A DNA stretch of 64,000 nt, taken from the NCBI GenBank assembly GCA_964016885.1, contig OZ024744.1:87172001-87236000 (forward strand), given 5' to 3'. The notes under the pieces were generated by a model, which was not told the DNA's origin, did no database searches, and saw only the letters and a list, made by a program, of their open reading frames with translations. This document shows positions 1-13,498 of the stretch, in pieces. Every line of letters starts with the position of its first letter. The stretch's first letter is position 1. The stretch is from Eledone cirrhosa. Its lineage: Eukaryota. The position numbers and the translations under genes are program-made.

Positions 1-214
1 GAGGAAGGCTTTCAGCTGCTTCGTGCAGAGGTGAATTAGCCATTTTTTTCAAAGAAATTTTTTTGATAATAATAAAAGCTTAAATTTTGGGCCCAGGGCC
101 CCAATCTTTTTGGGTGTCCTTTTCGGAAAACAATGTATGTGCGCTTATAAACAGTTAACAATAACATTTTCCATAAATGACAATTTTTAACAAACGGAAA
201 TAACAAACCTTTGC

Positions 215-950
215 GGAGGGAATGCTAATGGCTGCGCAGGAACAGGCCCTCAAAACGAAGTGGTTGAAGCACCATATTTACAAGGAGGAGGCTAGGCCAC
301 TGTGCAGGATCTGTGGAGAGAGAGAGGAGACTGTGGCTCACATTGTGTCCGAGTGTAAACACCTAGCCCAGACCCACTATAAGGGCTGGAGACACGATGT
401 GATGGGCAGGGTGATCCACTGGCACCTGTGCAAAGTAAACATTTTACCACATTCTGAGCAATGGTATGAGCATAGGCCAGAGGCGGTGATGGAGAACAAT
501 CAGGTGAAGGTGCTGTGGGACTTTAGGATACAGACGGACAAAAAACTGGAACACAATAGACCTGACCTGGTGGTTGTGGACAAAGAAAACAGATCGTGTC
601 TGATTGTGGATGTGGCCTGCCCGTTCGATGCGAGAGTGCAAGAGAAGGAGAGGGAGAAAATTAACCGATACCAGGACCTAAAGTGGGAGGTGAAAAGGAT
701 TTGGAACTGCCATGAAGTCAAAGTGATCCCGATTGTCATAGGCGCACTGGGGACTATCTCCAAAAGTTTCCAGGGATGGTTAAAGAAAATCGGCCCCTTC
801 ACGCTTTTTGGAACGCTTCAAAAGGCATGCTTGCTTGGAACAGCAAGAACCCTCCGATACGTCCTGAATATCTGAGGCTGCAGGTAGTGGCTTGATATTC
901 AATCCAACGGACTTTCCAGTTAACCAACATCAATGACTGAGATTCAAGGA
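215..950 (+). mobile_element. R4/Dong-clade non-LTR retrotransposon, 5'-truncated copy 1 (CCHC knuckle + restriction-like endonuclease, 3'UTR)
   Basis: ORF 222-875 has CRICGEREETVAHIVSEC, RHD, RPDLVVVDK, IVDVACP and EKINRY (RLE motifs). 3'UTR is followed by (TAA)n at ~950-982. Confidence 0.9.
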
Positions 951-982
951 ATAACAACAATAATAATAATAATAATAATAAT

Positions 983-2611
983 AGTCTGTCCCCTCTGTTG
1001 TTTGTCCTTGCCCTGATGCCCCTGACCAGTGTACTGCGAAAAGTGAGAGCAGGATACAGGTTGGGAAAGGGAGGGCTTACCATCAATCACCTCCTCTTCA
1101 TGGACGATCTTAAGCTCTTCGGGAAGAGTGAGAAGGATTTGGATGTGCTTGTTGACACTGTCCGTATTTTCACCAATGATATATGTATGCAATTTGGTAT
1201 TAGTAAGTGTGGAGTCATTGTGATGAGGAGGGGTAAGTTGAACAGAAGTAACGGAATCCAGATACCAACAGGTGAGATGATAAAAGAAATTGACTCTGAA
1301 GAAGGATACAAGTATTTGGGCGTTCTGGAGGCTGATGACATCAAGAACAAAAAAATGAAGGAATTGATAAGAACTGAATACCTTCGGAGAGTAAGGAGCG
1401 TATTAAAGTCACATCTGAACAGTAGGAATGCCATAAGTGCAGTAAATTCCCAAGCTGTGTCTATTATTAGGTGCAGTGCGGGAATTCTGAGATGGAATGT
1501 TGCTGAACAAAAAGAAATGGATAGGAAGACTAGGAAGCTATTGACTATCTACAACATGTTCCACAAGAAGAGTGATGTCGATAGACTCTACTTAAGGAGA
1601 TCTGAAGGTGGAAGAGGTCTTATCAGCATAGAGGACTGTGTTCAGATGGAGAAAAACAACCTACACAAATACGTGACTGATAGTAAGTAGCCAATGCTCA
1701 GAGCTGTACTGAAGGAGGGGACAATAGGCCAGGGGATGTTCAAGGAGGAAATAACATCAAGGAGAAAGAGCAGCCTTCAGGAAAAATCCCTTCATAGTAC
1801 CTTCTTTGAGAAAACTGAATTTAGAGATCCACAGACATGGAACTGGTTGAAAAGAGGATACCTTAAAAAGGCTACAGAAGGAATGTTAATGGCTGCGCAG
1901 GAGCAAGCCCTCAAAACGAAGTGGTTGAAACACCACATTTACAAGGAGGAGGCTAGCCCACTGTGCAGGATCTGTGGAGAGAGAGGGGAGACTGTGGCTC
2001 ACATTGTATCCGAGTGTAAACACCTAGCCCAGACTCACTATAAGGGCTGGAGACATGATGTGATGGGCAGGGTGATCCACTGGCACCTATGCAAAGTAAA
2101 CAATTTACCACATTCTGAGAAGTGGTATGAACATAAGCCAGAGGCGGTGATTGAAAACGATCAGGTGAAGGTGCTGTGGGATTTTAGGATACAGACGGAC
2201 AAGAAACTGGAACACAATAGACCTGACCTGGTGGTTTTGGACAAAGAAAAAAGATCGTGCCTGATTGTGGATGTGGCCTGCCCATTCGACACTAGAGTGC
2301 AAGAGAAGGAGAGGGAGAAAATTAACCGATACCAGGACTTAAAGTGGGAGGTAAAAAGGATTTGGAACTGCCATGAAGTCAAAGTGATCCCGATTGTCAT
2401 AGGCGCACTAGGGACTATCTCAAAAAGTTTCCAGGGATGGTTAAAGAAAATTGGCCCCTTCACGCTTTTTGGAACGCTTCAAAAGGCATGCTTGCTGGGA
2501 ACAGCAAGAACCCTCCGATACGTCCTGAATATCTGAGGCTGCAGGTAGTGGCTTGATATTCATCTCAACAAACTTTCCAGTTAACTAACATCAATGACTG
2601 AGACTCAAAGA
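983..2611 (+). mobile_element. R4/Dong-clade non-LTR retrotransposon copy 2 (RT C-terminal half + CCHC + RLE), one in-frame stop
   Basis: ORFs 998-1690 (HLLFMDDLKL, YKYLG) and 1694-2536 are in the same frame, split by TAG at 1688-1690. The 3' part is highly similar to copy 1. (TAA)n on both sides. Confidence 0.92.
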
Positions 2612-2650
2612 GTAATAACAATAATAATAATAATGATAATAATAATAATG

Positions 2651-4230
2651 ATTTCTTTATTGGCCACAAGGGCTGACATCAAGAAAAACATTACAGACGG
2701 CACAGGGCGGTACAGGACGGTACGATGTGGGTTTTGTGCGTGTAAATATGTTTATTATTTATATAAGAAAAGAAAAAAAGGACATAGAAACATATATATA
2801 TATATAAACAATAAAAAAGAATATTGATACAATGAAAAATTCCCCAATAGGGGGGAAAACTCCGAGGGTTACTCGTGGCGAAAACCACACGAAAGACCAC
2901 GGCCAACCTGACCACCAGGGCAACCGCTCTCTCTCAATTTCTCCATTTCTCAAACTACAGACGTATATTCAGAGCGGTCCCGTTCACTCGGACCATTCTC
3001 GCTACATTTACCCACCTTTCAACAAACTTGCTAGAAGGCAGCACTTGCCTCTCCACCCTGATTTTCCTCTTCAAGTGAAACTTGAAAAAGTTAATTAGGG
3101 ATTCGCCGACACAATCTCTTTCGCCATGGCCACCAGGCAGATGAAAACCGCCCGTCCTTCCTCCTCGAAGGAAGACGGCGAGACCATCTGCACAATAGAC
3201 TCAGTCGACAACCGGATCAGTCCTACACGCGACAGCAACTGTTCGACATAGTTCCACAAGTCAGCAATGCTCGGGCACTGAACGAGTGCGTGCACGGCGG
3301 TTTCGTCGCTCTGCGCGCATCTCGGACAGGCTCGACTGACAGCACTTCCGTGTCTGTAGAGCTTATCTCGAACCGGCAACGCTCCCCGGTAGAACTGGGC
3401 CCTGGGCTGAAGTTGTCCGGAAGAGAGCAAACAGCCGATCACCTTCGACGTCCAGGATCTCTCCGAGAACGTCGTCGCTCTTCCCGTCCACTAGTCCTCT
3501 ATAGAACGCCGAGGTGGATGTTCCACCGATACTGGTTCCCAACTGGCAGAGGGCAGTGAGCGCCTGGAGACATTCCAGTTTCCAAGCGCTATCCCTCGGT
3601 CTTGTCCTGACTCAGGACTGCAACTCCGTCAAGGAGACGAGCTGTGGGTAAACGTGCCTGTCCAACGGCGACCACACCTGTTCACCGTTAAGGAAGCACC
3701 AGAGATGTTGCAGCCTCAGCGCATGTTTGCGCATAATCAGCCATATCATTCCCAGTCCTCTACGCAACGGTTGTTGACAGCAGATGGATCGTCTGACCAT
3801 GGGAGCGCGTCCCTTCCACAAAAAGTGAAAGAGGAGGCGCTTCATTTTGGTGAGAGTTGGGCCGGGGCAAGGGACGACGGTGAGGCGGTAGCAAATGACG
3901 GATGCGATGTACGCATTCGCTACCTCCGCCCGGCCTTTCAGAGACAGCTCATCTCGGCCCATTTCTGGGTGAGGGAGGCCATCCTGCTCGTCACCTCGCT
4001 CCAGGTTTTCTCCATCTGGAGGTGCGGTCCGAACCAGACCCCAAACAATTTAACCGGGCCGTCCGCCCAACGCTCCCCGAAGCTGTCGGACGGCATGGAC
4101 TTGCCTCTCAAGGTGCCGAGCTGCAAGCCCACCGACTTTTCCTGGTTTATCTTTGCTCCTGTCACCGCTTCGTATTCCTTGACAGCGGTGCCGAGCATCT
4201 GGACGTGTCTGGTGCTCGACACCACCACGT
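2651..4230 (-). mobile_element. Tx1/L1-clade LINE, degraded ORF2 3' part and 3'UTR
   Basis: Minus-strand ORF pieces YEAVTGAKINQEKS, LSLKGRAEVANAYIAS, RRGLG and CPRCAQSDETAVHALVQCP. The 3' end cttgtggccAATAAAgaaat runs into (ATT)n. Confidence 0.85.
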
Positions 4231-4539
4231 CTATCAATCTATCATTATAAGTGGGACATATACATAACGGTTTCATTGCGATGAAATAGAGTAAGATGTA
4301 TGGTTTTGAATTTGATTGGAGGTGTAAGGATTGCTCTCTGGAGTGTATGGACATCTGGAAGATTGTGCGATAAATGGTTCTACAGTCCCTCCCCCAGCCA
4401 CACATACATGCACACTGATACGCACACACAAACACACAAACACGCAAACACACATATATATCTATGTGAGTGTATGTGTGTGTGTGTGTGTTTGATGGTA
4501 GCTGAGTTTATATGTGAACCAATGTGTTGTGTCGTATTT

Positions 4540-4756
4540 ATGTATATATGTATGTATTTTATGTATGTATGTATGTATGTATGTATGTATGTATGTATGT
4601 ATGTATGTATGTATGCATGTATGTATGTATGTATGTATGTATGTATGTATGTATGCATGTATGTATGTATGTATGTATGTATGTATGTATGTATGTATGT
4701 ATGCATGTATGTATGTGTGTATGTATGAAGTAACGTATGTATGTATGTATGTATGA
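4540..4756. repeat. (TATG)n microsatellite
   Basis: Direct reading. Confidence 0.95.
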
Positions 4757-4762
4757 AGTTAT

Positions 4763-5370
4763 GTCAGGTCACCAGTTGGTGCTACTGGTAACATGTATCC
4801 CAGTACAACCTGTCTCATGGTCGGGTCGTTGACGACTAAACTGGCAACCCCACCAAGGTTTCTTGGTGAGGAGGGTGACTTTGAACATCCTGCAGGACTA
4901 AAAACAAAACCTGTCAAAGGGCAAATGAGCTCTTAAGAGTCAATGGCCATCCAAAATCACCGGGAGAGATGACCCCTTAGCCTTTGTCAAGGCAGAATTC
5001 TAGGAGAAGGAAAACTCTGATATAACCCCTGCAACCCTGATGGTATCCAATGATGTTGACTTGTTCTTCTTTTTGGTAAATATCATCTTGGTTAAGAGAG
5101 TGGGACTGGCTTTGTGCAGTGCCTTTACTCACTATAAAAGTTTCACGGCACAGGCATTGCTTTATATCTGGAGATCGCTCTGCACTTGTCATCACATGGT
5201 ACCATGGGCCCAGCACTATGTGTCAATGATTGTCACAAGTGTAGTGTTTGTACCAGAGTTTTCAAGTCGCTGGCTGGACTAAAAAGTCACACTCGTTCAG
5301 CGCATTGGTAGGCGTTCTCCTACATGGATATAAAGTAGTGGCCGTACTCGAAAACGAGTTGGCAGCCACC
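4763..5370 (+). mobile_element. RTE/BovB-derived non-autonomous element, unit 1 of tandem array
   Basis: Contains an RTE 5'UTR-like motif (ctaggagaaggaaaactctga) and a terminal C2H2-finger remnant (HKCSVCTRVFKSLAGLKSHTRSAH). Ends tactcgaaaacgagttggcagccacc + (ATGT)n. Confidence 0.7.
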
Positions 5371-5556
5371 ATGTATGTATGTATGTATGTACGTATGTAT
5401 GTACGTATGTATGTATGTATGTATGTATGTATGTATGTATGTATGTATGTATGTATGTATGTATGTATGTATGTATGTATGTATGTACGTATGTATGTAT
5501 GTATGTACCTATGTATATATGTATGTGTGTATGTATGTACGATTGTATGTTTGTAT

Positions 5557-6085
5557 GTCAGGTTGTTCTTCAGCGCTAGTGATAACATGTAACCCAGTAC
5601 AACCTCTGCACGGTCAGGTAGTCGGCGGCTAAATCAGCAACCCTACCAAGCTTTCTCGGTGAGTAGGGTGATTTTGGTTCACCCTGCAGTATGAAAAACA
5701 AAACCCAACAAAGCGTGAAAGATCTCAAGAGACTCAACGGCTATCCAATAAAGTGTTTTTATGGAGCGAGAGAGTCCTAGTATTCATTAAGATATCTCTA
5801 TGAGAAGGTCATTCTGATATAAAACCTGCGACTTCATGTGCAGCCAATGATGTAGACCAGTTCTTTTGTGAGGAAAATGCAATCGATGTTCAGAGAGTGG
5901 GATTGACCCCGTGAAAATTCTTTCCTCACGTAAAAATGCTTCAAACCACAAGCATCGTTTTATGTGTGACATATTTTGCGATGGAGGTCATTGCTGTCCA
6001 TAGGCATGTCCCTAAAAAACACGTCAGTGATGCTCATGCTTAAGTATCAAATGATGGCATTACTGGAAATCCAGTTGCAGCCATC
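5557..6085 (+). mobile_element. RTE-derived non-autonomous element, unit 2 (diverged)
   Basis: Same 5' end (gtcagg...taacatgtaacccagtacaacc) and 3' end (tggcattactggaaatccagttgcagccatc) as neighbours. (TATG)n flanks. Confidence 0.7.
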
Positions 6086-6285
6086 AATATGATGTATGTA
6101 TGAATGTATGTATGTATGGATGCATCTATGCATGTACGTATGTATGCATATATGTATGTATGAATGTATGTATGTATGGATGCTTCTATGCATGCATGTA
6201 TGTATGTATGCATATATGTATGTATGAATGTATGTATGTATGGATGCTTCTATGCATGCATGTATGTATGCATATATGTATGTAT

Positions 6286-6813
6286 GTCAGGTCACTCTTC
6301 AGCGCTACTGGTTACATCTAACCCAGTACAGCCTGTGCATCGTCGGGTTGCCGGCATCTAAAAAACTAACGCCCACCAAGCTTGCTCGGTGAGTAGGGTG
6401 ATTTTGAACACCCTACGGTATAAAAATCAAAACCCGTCAAAGGGCGGAGGAACTCAGGAGAATCAAGACCATCCAATATTTTTTTTTTTTTGTGTGTGGA
6501 GCGAGAGACTCCTAATCTTCATTAAGACATCTCTCTAGGAGAATGTCCCTCCGATATAAAACCTGCGACTTCGTTTGTATCCAATGATGCTAACAGTTAT
6601 AACATTTGGATAAATGCATTCGATGTTCAAAGAAGGGGAATTGCCCCCGTGCAAAACCTTTCCTCACTGAAAAAAGCCTCAAATACAGGCATCACTTGAT
6701 ATGTGACATGTTTTGCGATTTCTGTTAATAGGCAAGTCACTAGCAGGTCTAAAAAGACACGTTCATGCTTAAATATTAAGCGATGGCATTACTCGAAATC
6801 GAGTTGCAACCAT
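6286..6813 (+). mobile_element. RTE-derived non-autonomous element, unit 3
   Basis: Colinear with unit 2, (TATG)n flanks. Confidence 0.7.
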
Positions 6814-6885
6814 AATCATCATGTATCTATGTATGTATGTATGTATGTATGTATGTATGTATTTATGTATGTATGTATGTATATA

Positions 6886-7375
6886 GCACTCTTGAGTGCT
6901 ACTGGTAACATGTAACCCAGTACAACCTGTCGCATGGTCGGGTGGTCAGGGACGAAACTGGCAACTCCAAGTTTACTTGGTGGGGAGGGTGATTTTTGGC
7001 ATCCTGCAGGACAAAAAACATAACCTGACAAAGGGCAGAACTCATGAGTCAACGAGCATCCCCAAAAATGTGTAAATATGTATGTACATGTGTTTATATG
7101 TATGTATATGCATGTGTGCATACTTGTATATATATGCACTGGGGCATAGACATAATCGGGCTGGATACCCGATCCCGCAGTTAAAATAGGAGAAGGCAAC
7201 TCAGGAAACTAGGATAACTCCGATATAAAACCTGCGGCTCAGTAGTTACCGATGATGTTGATCTTTTCTTCTTTTCGGGTTATAGCTTCTGTTGCTCAGA
7301 GAGTTGTATTGGCTCAGAGCACAGTCTTTCCTCACTTTAAAAAATATCTTCACGCACAGGCATTGCATGAAACCA
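6886..7375 (+). mobile_element. RTE-derived non-autonomous element, unit 4 (interrupted, 3'-truncated)
   Basis: Shares gctactggtaacatgtaacccagtacaacctg, gatataaaacctgcg and cacaggcattgc with the other units. Confidence 0.6.
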
Positions 7376-7400
7376 TTAATTAATAATTACTAATTATTAA

Positions 7401-7588
7401 GGTCGGTGAATTGGCAGTATTGGTAGAGGGTTGGGCGCCATGCTTTCTAGCATAGTTACGTCCCTTTACGGTCTGAGTTCAAATCACGCCGAGGTTAACT
7501 TTGCCTTTCATTCTTACGGGGTCGATAAAATAAAGTACCAGTAATGTACTGGGTAATTGCGGGCCTTCTGCCAAAATTAGAAACAATT
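7401..7588 (+). mobile_element. tRNA-derived SINE family A
   Basis: A box tggcagtattgg, B box gagttcaaatc, body gaggttaactttgcctttcat...gtcgataaaataaagtaccagt. Confidence 0.9.
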
Positions 7589-8104
7589 AATTAATAATTA
7601 TTAATAATGGTATATCGTCCAATGGCCATAATCGATAACGAGGGGACAGCCATCATGTTTGTATGTATGTATGCATGCATGTATAATTAAACATAAATTA
7701 TAATCTATGTATGTGTGTATATGTAAATGCGTGTGACTACTTTTTAGAGATGTGTATATGCCATATTTCCATATATGGGATTGTGTGTTTATGCTCATTC
7801 CGGCTAATTCAAATGGTAAATCTTAGAAAGATTTTACAATTATTTACAGTACCATTAATCCATTTGCGTTGGAGGATGCAAGTCATCTTATTTTCTTCCT
7901 TCTTGGAAAACACGCATACTTACAGGCTTGTATGTAAACCTGTTGTCACATAAAGGCAGCACAAGGCAGAATCGTTAAAAATTCAGATAGAATGTTTTGC
8001 AGTATTCTCTCCTTCTGAGTTCAAATCGCACATGGGTCAACTTTGCCTTTCTTCATTTTGAATCTAGTACTATGGTCTAGTCTTCTTCCATATCTCTTTC
8101 CCAG

Positions 8105-8218
<114 letters not shown>

Positions 8219-8689
8219 GGAAGGAACGGGATGTGTTCTGAACAGAAGTGACCGTAACACATTGCACAAGAAACGTTGTATGTCACTACAGTGCTCCTAC
8301 GATTCCACCAGAAGCTACGAGTCCATACATTATAACATAGATCATAACATGTATTTTTGGCATATCCTCAATATGGCTGACAAGACGTTCGGTGCCAGGA
8401 CAAACGGAATTAGAGACAAACTATTCTGCTTGTAACTAATGTAATTCGTTCATTTCTTGTAATATACGCTGTGCACTATGTTGAAGTCAGTTTTTTAATG
8501 GCATCGACTATATCAGGTGGAACATAGGCAATGCACGATGATTTTTAGTTTCGACGAGTGAAAGACAGAATGAAAAATCATCTTATAGTCTAGCCATACT
8601 GTCAATGACCTTTGCAGATGCTACTTTACTTCCTTAAGGATAATTCTGTTAATAAATTGTGTGCATGCATGCACACATGGTTCCCTAAC

Positions 8690-9010
8690 TTTTAATGGAG
8701 TCGTAGATGCGCCATATTGACATACGGTGTTTCTTGGGCATTTTAAAACCTGGTAGAGCCCATCTCTCTCCAGGCCTGAGTACAGCAGATTTTTTACAGA
8801 GAAGGATGGATAATGAAAGAGAAGTGAAAAGAGATATAGAGGGAGAATCGACCCCAGTGCTAGACTGGTACTTATTTTATCGACCTCGAAAGGATGAAAG
8901 GCAAATCTGACCTCGGCAGGATTTTCACTCAGAGAGCAGATTGTCAGAACAAATACCATAAAATAAAGCATTCTGTCCGATGTTCTAACGACTCGGCCAA
9001 TTCGCTGCCT
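8690..9010 (-). mobile_element. SINE family A variant with extended tail
   Basis: Reverse complement matches 58855-59190, including aaatctgctgtactcagg...ttaaaatgcc...aaacaccgtatgtcaata. Confidence 0.75.
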
Positions 9011-9563
9011 TAATAAATTGTTTAACATAGCCCAAAGGAAACATTTTTCTTCTTATCCGATTACCACTCACCAATGATATTTTCGCAGTGATCTTAGAGA
9101 AACACATTGAAACATCCTGTACCTGTAAAGTTTATACATAACATAAGCATGATATGGGCGTCTATTTTATTTTTTTATTTTTTTTATTTTATCATATTTT
9201 TGCTGCTCTGCTTGTCTCTTGGTTCTTGAACACAAGAATACCTAAAAAAAAACTTGCTGACTACATAATTTCTCATCTCAAGAGTAGAGCTGATGCTTAA
9301 GTGTGGAGTGGTTAAGAATATTTTCACATCCTGGTAATGGTGTATGTAATTGTCTTCCTAGTACCGTACGCAGGAATCATTTTGTGGTTGTCAGTATTCA
9401 ATAGGGATGTCATTTTATAGAGATTGCATTGGACCACCTGCCAAAAACGTTTACGTCAACGTTGAACGCCTGCTCATATTGTCACGCCAAAATTTAAACC
9501 AACTATGGGATAACCTAATCTCCTGCATCTTTCAAAGTGATGCTCTTGTTACCTCGTCAAATA

Positions 9564-9766
9564 CGAGGGTCAGCTGAAATGTTCATAGGCTAACCAAGAT
9601 ACTCTAATGGAATGACTAAATGAGGTTTATTTTTCAACATAGTCCCTGGTAAGAAACAAAGCAGTTATTAATAAGAAGAGTTGAAATGAATACATTGCAT
9701 GAAAGATTACACAGACCTGGATTAACTCCTTCATAGTCAGCCTATGAACTCTTCAGCCGACCCTCG
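9564..9766. mobile_element. mariner-type MITE
   Basis: TIRs TA-CGAGGGTCAGCTGAAATGTTCATAGGCT and AGCCTATGAACTCTTCAGCCGACCCTCG. Internal ttttcaacatagtc is also seen in the mariner end at ~29455. Confidence 0.8.
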
Positions 9767-10006
9767 GATATTGAAATTAGTTTACGGGCAGATGCAATAA
9801 CTCAAATTGTCTTCTTGCCCCACTCGACATGGGAAAACCTCTAAGCGGTAGGACAAACGGATAGAACTGTGACCAAGTTTACACGAGTTCGTGAAATTAC
9901 TACCGGCAAAGGCATGCTACCAAACTGCTTTTTTTTTAGCCAAATAGTCTTAGATAAGGTTAAGCGATAATGAAATGCATTCTTGAATTTTCTGTTCAAT
10001 AATAAT

Positions 10007-10204
10007 AATTGTTTCTACTTTTGGCACAAGGCCAGCAATTACTCCCAGTGCATTGCTGGTACTTTATTTTATCGACCACGTAAGGATGAAAGGCAAAGTT
10101 AACCTCGGCGAGATTTGTACTCTAAACGCGAAACGTAAAGGGTCATAACCCTATGCTACAAAGCATGGTGTCTGACGCTCTACCGATACTGCCAATCCAC
10201 CGCC
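10007..10204 (-). mobile_element. SINE family A
   Basis: Reverse complement of the family consensus, full length. Confidence 0.9.
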
Positions 10205-10509
10205 ATTATGTCGAATAATAATATTTGATTCGTTTGCAAGCAAACAGCCTCATTACCCAATGATTTTTAAATGACCATCGCCATTCCTTTCTTCTAGCGG
10301 TGACAGACAAAACCAAACTCTAATTTTGTGTTCTTTGTAAAAAAAAAAAACAGGTTTTATTTTTCTCTTTTTTTTTTGTTTCTTTGTTTTTTTTTAAATC
10401 GTCATAACCCTTATGTGCTGGTTTCCAAAAGTTGTGATGATGATGGTGGTGATGGAGCATGGGTAATGATGTTACTGCTGCTACTGCTGCTGCTGGTTGT
10501 GGTATCGTT

Positions 10510-10915
10510 AGTGGTGGTGGTAGTGGTGGTGGTGGTGGTGGAGGTTATGGTAGTGGTGGTGGTGGTGGTGGTGGAGGTTATGGTAGTGGTGGTGGTGGTG
10601 GTGGAGGTTATGGTAGTGGTGGTGGTGGTGGTGGTGGTGGTGGTGGAGGTTATGGTAGTGGTGGTGGAGGTTATGGTAGTGGTGGTGGAGGTTATGGTAG
10701 TGGTGGTGGAGGTTATGGTAGTGGTGGTGGTGGTGGTGGTGGTGGTGGAGGTTATGGTAGTGGTGGTGGTGGTGGTGGTGGAGGTTATGGTAGTGGTGGT
10801 GGTGGTGGTGGTGGTGGTTATGGTAGTGGTGGTGGTGGTTATGGTAGTGGTGGTGGAGGTTATGGTAGTGGTGGTAGTGGTGGTGGTGGTGGTGGTGGTG
10901 GTTATGGTAGTGGTA
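10510..10915. repeat. (GGT)n-based minisatellite, unit ggaggttatggtagt(ggt)n; open as a Gly-rich (+) or His-rich (-) ORF
   Basis: Direct reading; ORF 10459-10926 gives GGGYGS repeats. Confidence 0.85.
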
Positions 10916-11037
10916 CAGGCTGGTAATTATGATGATGATGTTGGTGAGCTGGTACAAAATCTTGCACAACATAACTGTTGGCTACTTTGGTGTCTCTCAG
11001 CAGGACACCTAACGCGTTATCCCTACACACAAACACA

Positions 11038-11090
<53 letters not shown>

Positions 11091-11155
11091 TCCCCCCCCA
11101 CACACACACTGCTAGATAGATAGATAAATTGATAGATAGATAATCTCTCTCTCTT

Positions 11156-11226
<71 letters not shown>

Positions 11227-11345
11227 GAGAGGGGGGGAGAGAGACAGACAGACAGACAGGCAGATAGATTGATAGATATACTACACTATACGCACGCAGC
11301 ACGCAAACCTACAACTGTTACGGTCCATGTATAACGGAGGTGTAT

Positions 11346-11438
<93 letters not shown>

Positions 11439-12249
11439 GGTGTGTGTGTGTGTGGAGGGTGTCATTAGTGCAAACTATATAACAAACTATCGCAGTGTGA
11501 TACACCATCTGCTTCCATATACATGTATGCATGTATGTGTGTGTATATGAGTATTTGATAGTTTATCTGTGTTTGAATATGAATGTGTGTTTGTGTGGCT
11601 CTATTTTTTTTTATTTGTTTCTAGTTTTCATTTGTTATTGTTTGTTTGTTTGTTATTTTTGTGAGTATTTCACTTCTATTTCTCCAGCCAAAATCTTTTC
11701 ATCCGTCTTGTGTTGTTTTGTTTAACGTTTATACGTTTATTTATTGTTAATTTTCATTTTATTTTTTGTATGTTTGTGTTTATGTTTGTGTATGTGTTAA
11801 GTATTTATTTATTTACTTATTTGTTTATTTGTTAATGTATTTATTTATATATTTCAGAGTTAATTTTTTTATTTTTTATTTTGTATGTGTATATATTTGT
11901 GTATGTGTTAAGTATTCCCGTGCAAAAGGTAAAGGAAAGATGAGTGCTCTATGTATAGTATAGAGCTATTTAATTATGTAACACAAGATAATTATTCCAT
12001 TACCCAAGGTTTCACGAAGTCAGGCGACCCCAACAGAGGTGTCCGAAGTCGTTCATCAGAAGGAATCTTTAATATGGATGTAAGATATGAAATTAAAATC
12101 AAAATCTATTATAATTGAAAGTGAGGCTGAAATAAAATAACGGGAAAAAATGTATACTCACAGAAGCAGAATGTAAAATTAGGGGTAATTATTTATTTAT
12201 TTATTTGTTTATTTGTTAATGTATTTATTTATATGCTTCAGGGTTAATT

Positions 12250-12682
12250 TGGCAGTATCAGTAGAGAGTCAGACACCATGCTTTGCAGCATAGAGTTACG
12301 GCCCTTTAGGATCTGAGTTCAAATCCTGCCGAGGTTAACTTTGCCTTTCATCCTTACAGGGTCGATAAAATAAAGTACCAGTAATGCACAAGGGTCGATT
12401 AAATAATTGACTTTTGTTCCCCACAAATTGTGCCTTGTGCCTGAATCAGAAACAATTATATTATAAGTCCTGTGGATTGGCAGTATCGGTAGAGGGTCGG
12501 ACGCCATGTTTTGCAGCATAGAATAACAGCCCTTTACGTTCTGAGTTCAAATCCTGCCGAGGTTAACTTTGCCTTTCATCCTTACGGGATCGATAAAATA
12601 AAGCACCAGTAACGTATTGGGGTCGATTTAATCGACTTTCTTCTGTCCCCCAAATTCCTAGCTTTGTGCCTATACTAGAAAT
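12250..12682 (+). mobile_element. Two tandem SINE family A copies (12250-12457, 12471-12682)
   Basis: Each has the A/B boxes and family body. Confidence 0.88.
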
Positions 12683-13097
12683 CAGTTTTTTTTTATTTTA
12701 TTTTATGTGTATATGTTTGTGTATTTATTTATTTATTTACTTATTTGTTTATTTGTTAATATATTTATTTATATATTTCAGACAAGCTAGTGGGTGTGGC
12801 GGATTTGACAGTTTACATTCAATAACAAAACGAGACTCCATCAGTTTGGCGTATTTATTTCCTACAAACTGACGTGTCTATTAGCATACCTGTCTTTTTT
12901 TTTCTTTCTCTTTTTACTTTCTTTCTTTATTTCTTTATTTCTTTATTTCTTTATTTCTTTATTTCTTTCTTTTTTCTTTTCTTTTCTTTTCTTTTCTTTC
13001 ATTCTTTCTTGCTTTCTTTCCTTTTTATTTCTTCGTTACCTTCTTTTTACTTTTTCACACTAACCCCTAACATGCTCCTCCCTACCTCTTTCTCTCG

Positions 13098-13162
<65 letters not shown>

Positions 13163-13202
13163 CTCCCTTTTTTTATATCTATCTATCTATTGATCTATCT
13201 TT

Positions 13203-13276
<74 letters not shown>

Positions 13277-13406
13277 CGCCCTTTTCTTTTCTATTATTCT
13301 CTTTTTTTTTTACCTCCGTGTTAACAGAGGAAAAACAAGCTATGTAACTGATATTCAAAATAACACCTTCCACGTTTCCGCTTAAATATATACACACACA
13401 CACACT

Positions 13407-13498
<92 letters not shown>

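Noticed and set aside
4977-5282. Conserved 79-80 aa ORFs repeated three times (MLGPWYH..., MVSNDVD...)
   Set aside because: Conservation reflects recent copies of a non-autonomous repeat; no domain signal in those frames
11795-12782. Three copies of a tattt-rich block ending in ttcag (acceptor-like)
   Set aside because: Local low-complexity duplication with no open exon downstream
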